In this document: positions 63,425 to 64,000 of the stretch, piece by piece
Position numbering within the stretch: the first letter of the stretch is position 1
How the letters are laid out: each line of letters opens with the position of its first letter
Assembly: GCA_026770705.1 (NCBI GenBank)
Contig: JANJGN010000042.1
Coordinates: 1,426,001 to 1,490,000, forward strand
DNA from: Isurus oxyrinchus
Lineage: Eukaryota
Direction of reading: 5' to 3'
DNA: 64,000 nucleotides
Translations under genes and position numbers: made by a program
The notes under the pieces: model-generated
Seen by the model: the letters and a program-made list of their open reading frames with translations, nothing else
What the model was told of the DNA's origin: nothing
Databases searched by the model: none

Positions 63425-64000
63425 GTTCCTTTTGAAGGTCTCTCCCTCTCCCCTGTCTGCTCCACCCTCACCTCCAACAACAAGTGTGAGGAGCTCATGG
63501 AGCTTCTTTGTCACTAAGATTGAGACAATCCGATCAGCTGCCTCTGCTGCTTCCCTCCCTTCCACTAACCCACCGGGACAAACTGTCTCTAAAGATCCCT
63601 CTTGTCCAAGCCCTGAACCCACATCTTTCTTTAGTTTCGCTTCCATCCCCGCTCATGCCCTCTCAGTGCTCATCTTGTCCATGAGACCCACCTCCTGCTC
63701 CATTGACCCTATCCCCACTAAACTGCTGGTCACCCAACTTGCCCATTTTCACTGAGATTGTTAATGATTCTTTCTCTTCAGTTACTGTCCCTCTCTCCCT
63801 CAAATCTGACATCATCAAGCCCTCGTCAATAAACAAACCTTTGGCCTTGTCCTTGCAAACTGCTGTCCCATCTCCTACCTTCCTTTCCTCTCCAAACTCC
63901 TCAAACATAGTCACACCTCCCAAATCCATGCCCATGTTTCCCAGAACTCCCTGTTTGAATCCCTCCAATCAGGTTTCTGCCCTTGCCACTGGACTGAAAC
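63425..64000 (+). mobile_element. L2-type LINE ORF2 fragment
   Basis: FFVTKIETIR..SMRPTSCSIDPIPTKLL and downstream QSGF motif remnant. Confidence 0.8.

Overview
Eukaryotic DNA from a cartilaginous fish, almost certainly a shark; the species cannot be fixed from the sequence. Bases 2.9-22.5 kb hold one complete, unrearranged elasmobranch IgM heavy-chain cluster on the + strand: TATA, leader, VH(23-RSS), (12)D1(22), (12)D2(12), (23)JH, Cmu1-Cmu4 with secretory tailpiece, TM1 and TM2. All splice phases are compatible. Three things in it stand out. The VH domain looks IgW-like, with a shortened FR3 (GVEGRIIPSR..YIEIKNL), although D, J and C are IgM-type. The conserved transmembrane Trp is replaced by Arg. 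A ~3.5 kb sense-strand CA-rich tract lies between the secretory poly(A) site and TM1. From ~24 to 57 kb is a decaying tRNA gene array (Ser, Asn, Glu, Val, Leu, Lys, Thr; only tRNA-Asn at 40510 looks clearly intact) built from direct and inverted segmental duplications. It is invaded by Penelope-like elements carrying minimal hammerhead-ribozyme motifs, CR1 and L2-type LINEs, and DeuSINEs. The window ends with a C2H2 zinc-finger pseudogene that has an NRF1/YY1-type promoter and a Penelope insertion with a 12-bp target-site duplication (TSD). There is one assembly gap (9277-9467). Family assignments rest on motif recognition and recalled sequences; no database search was run.
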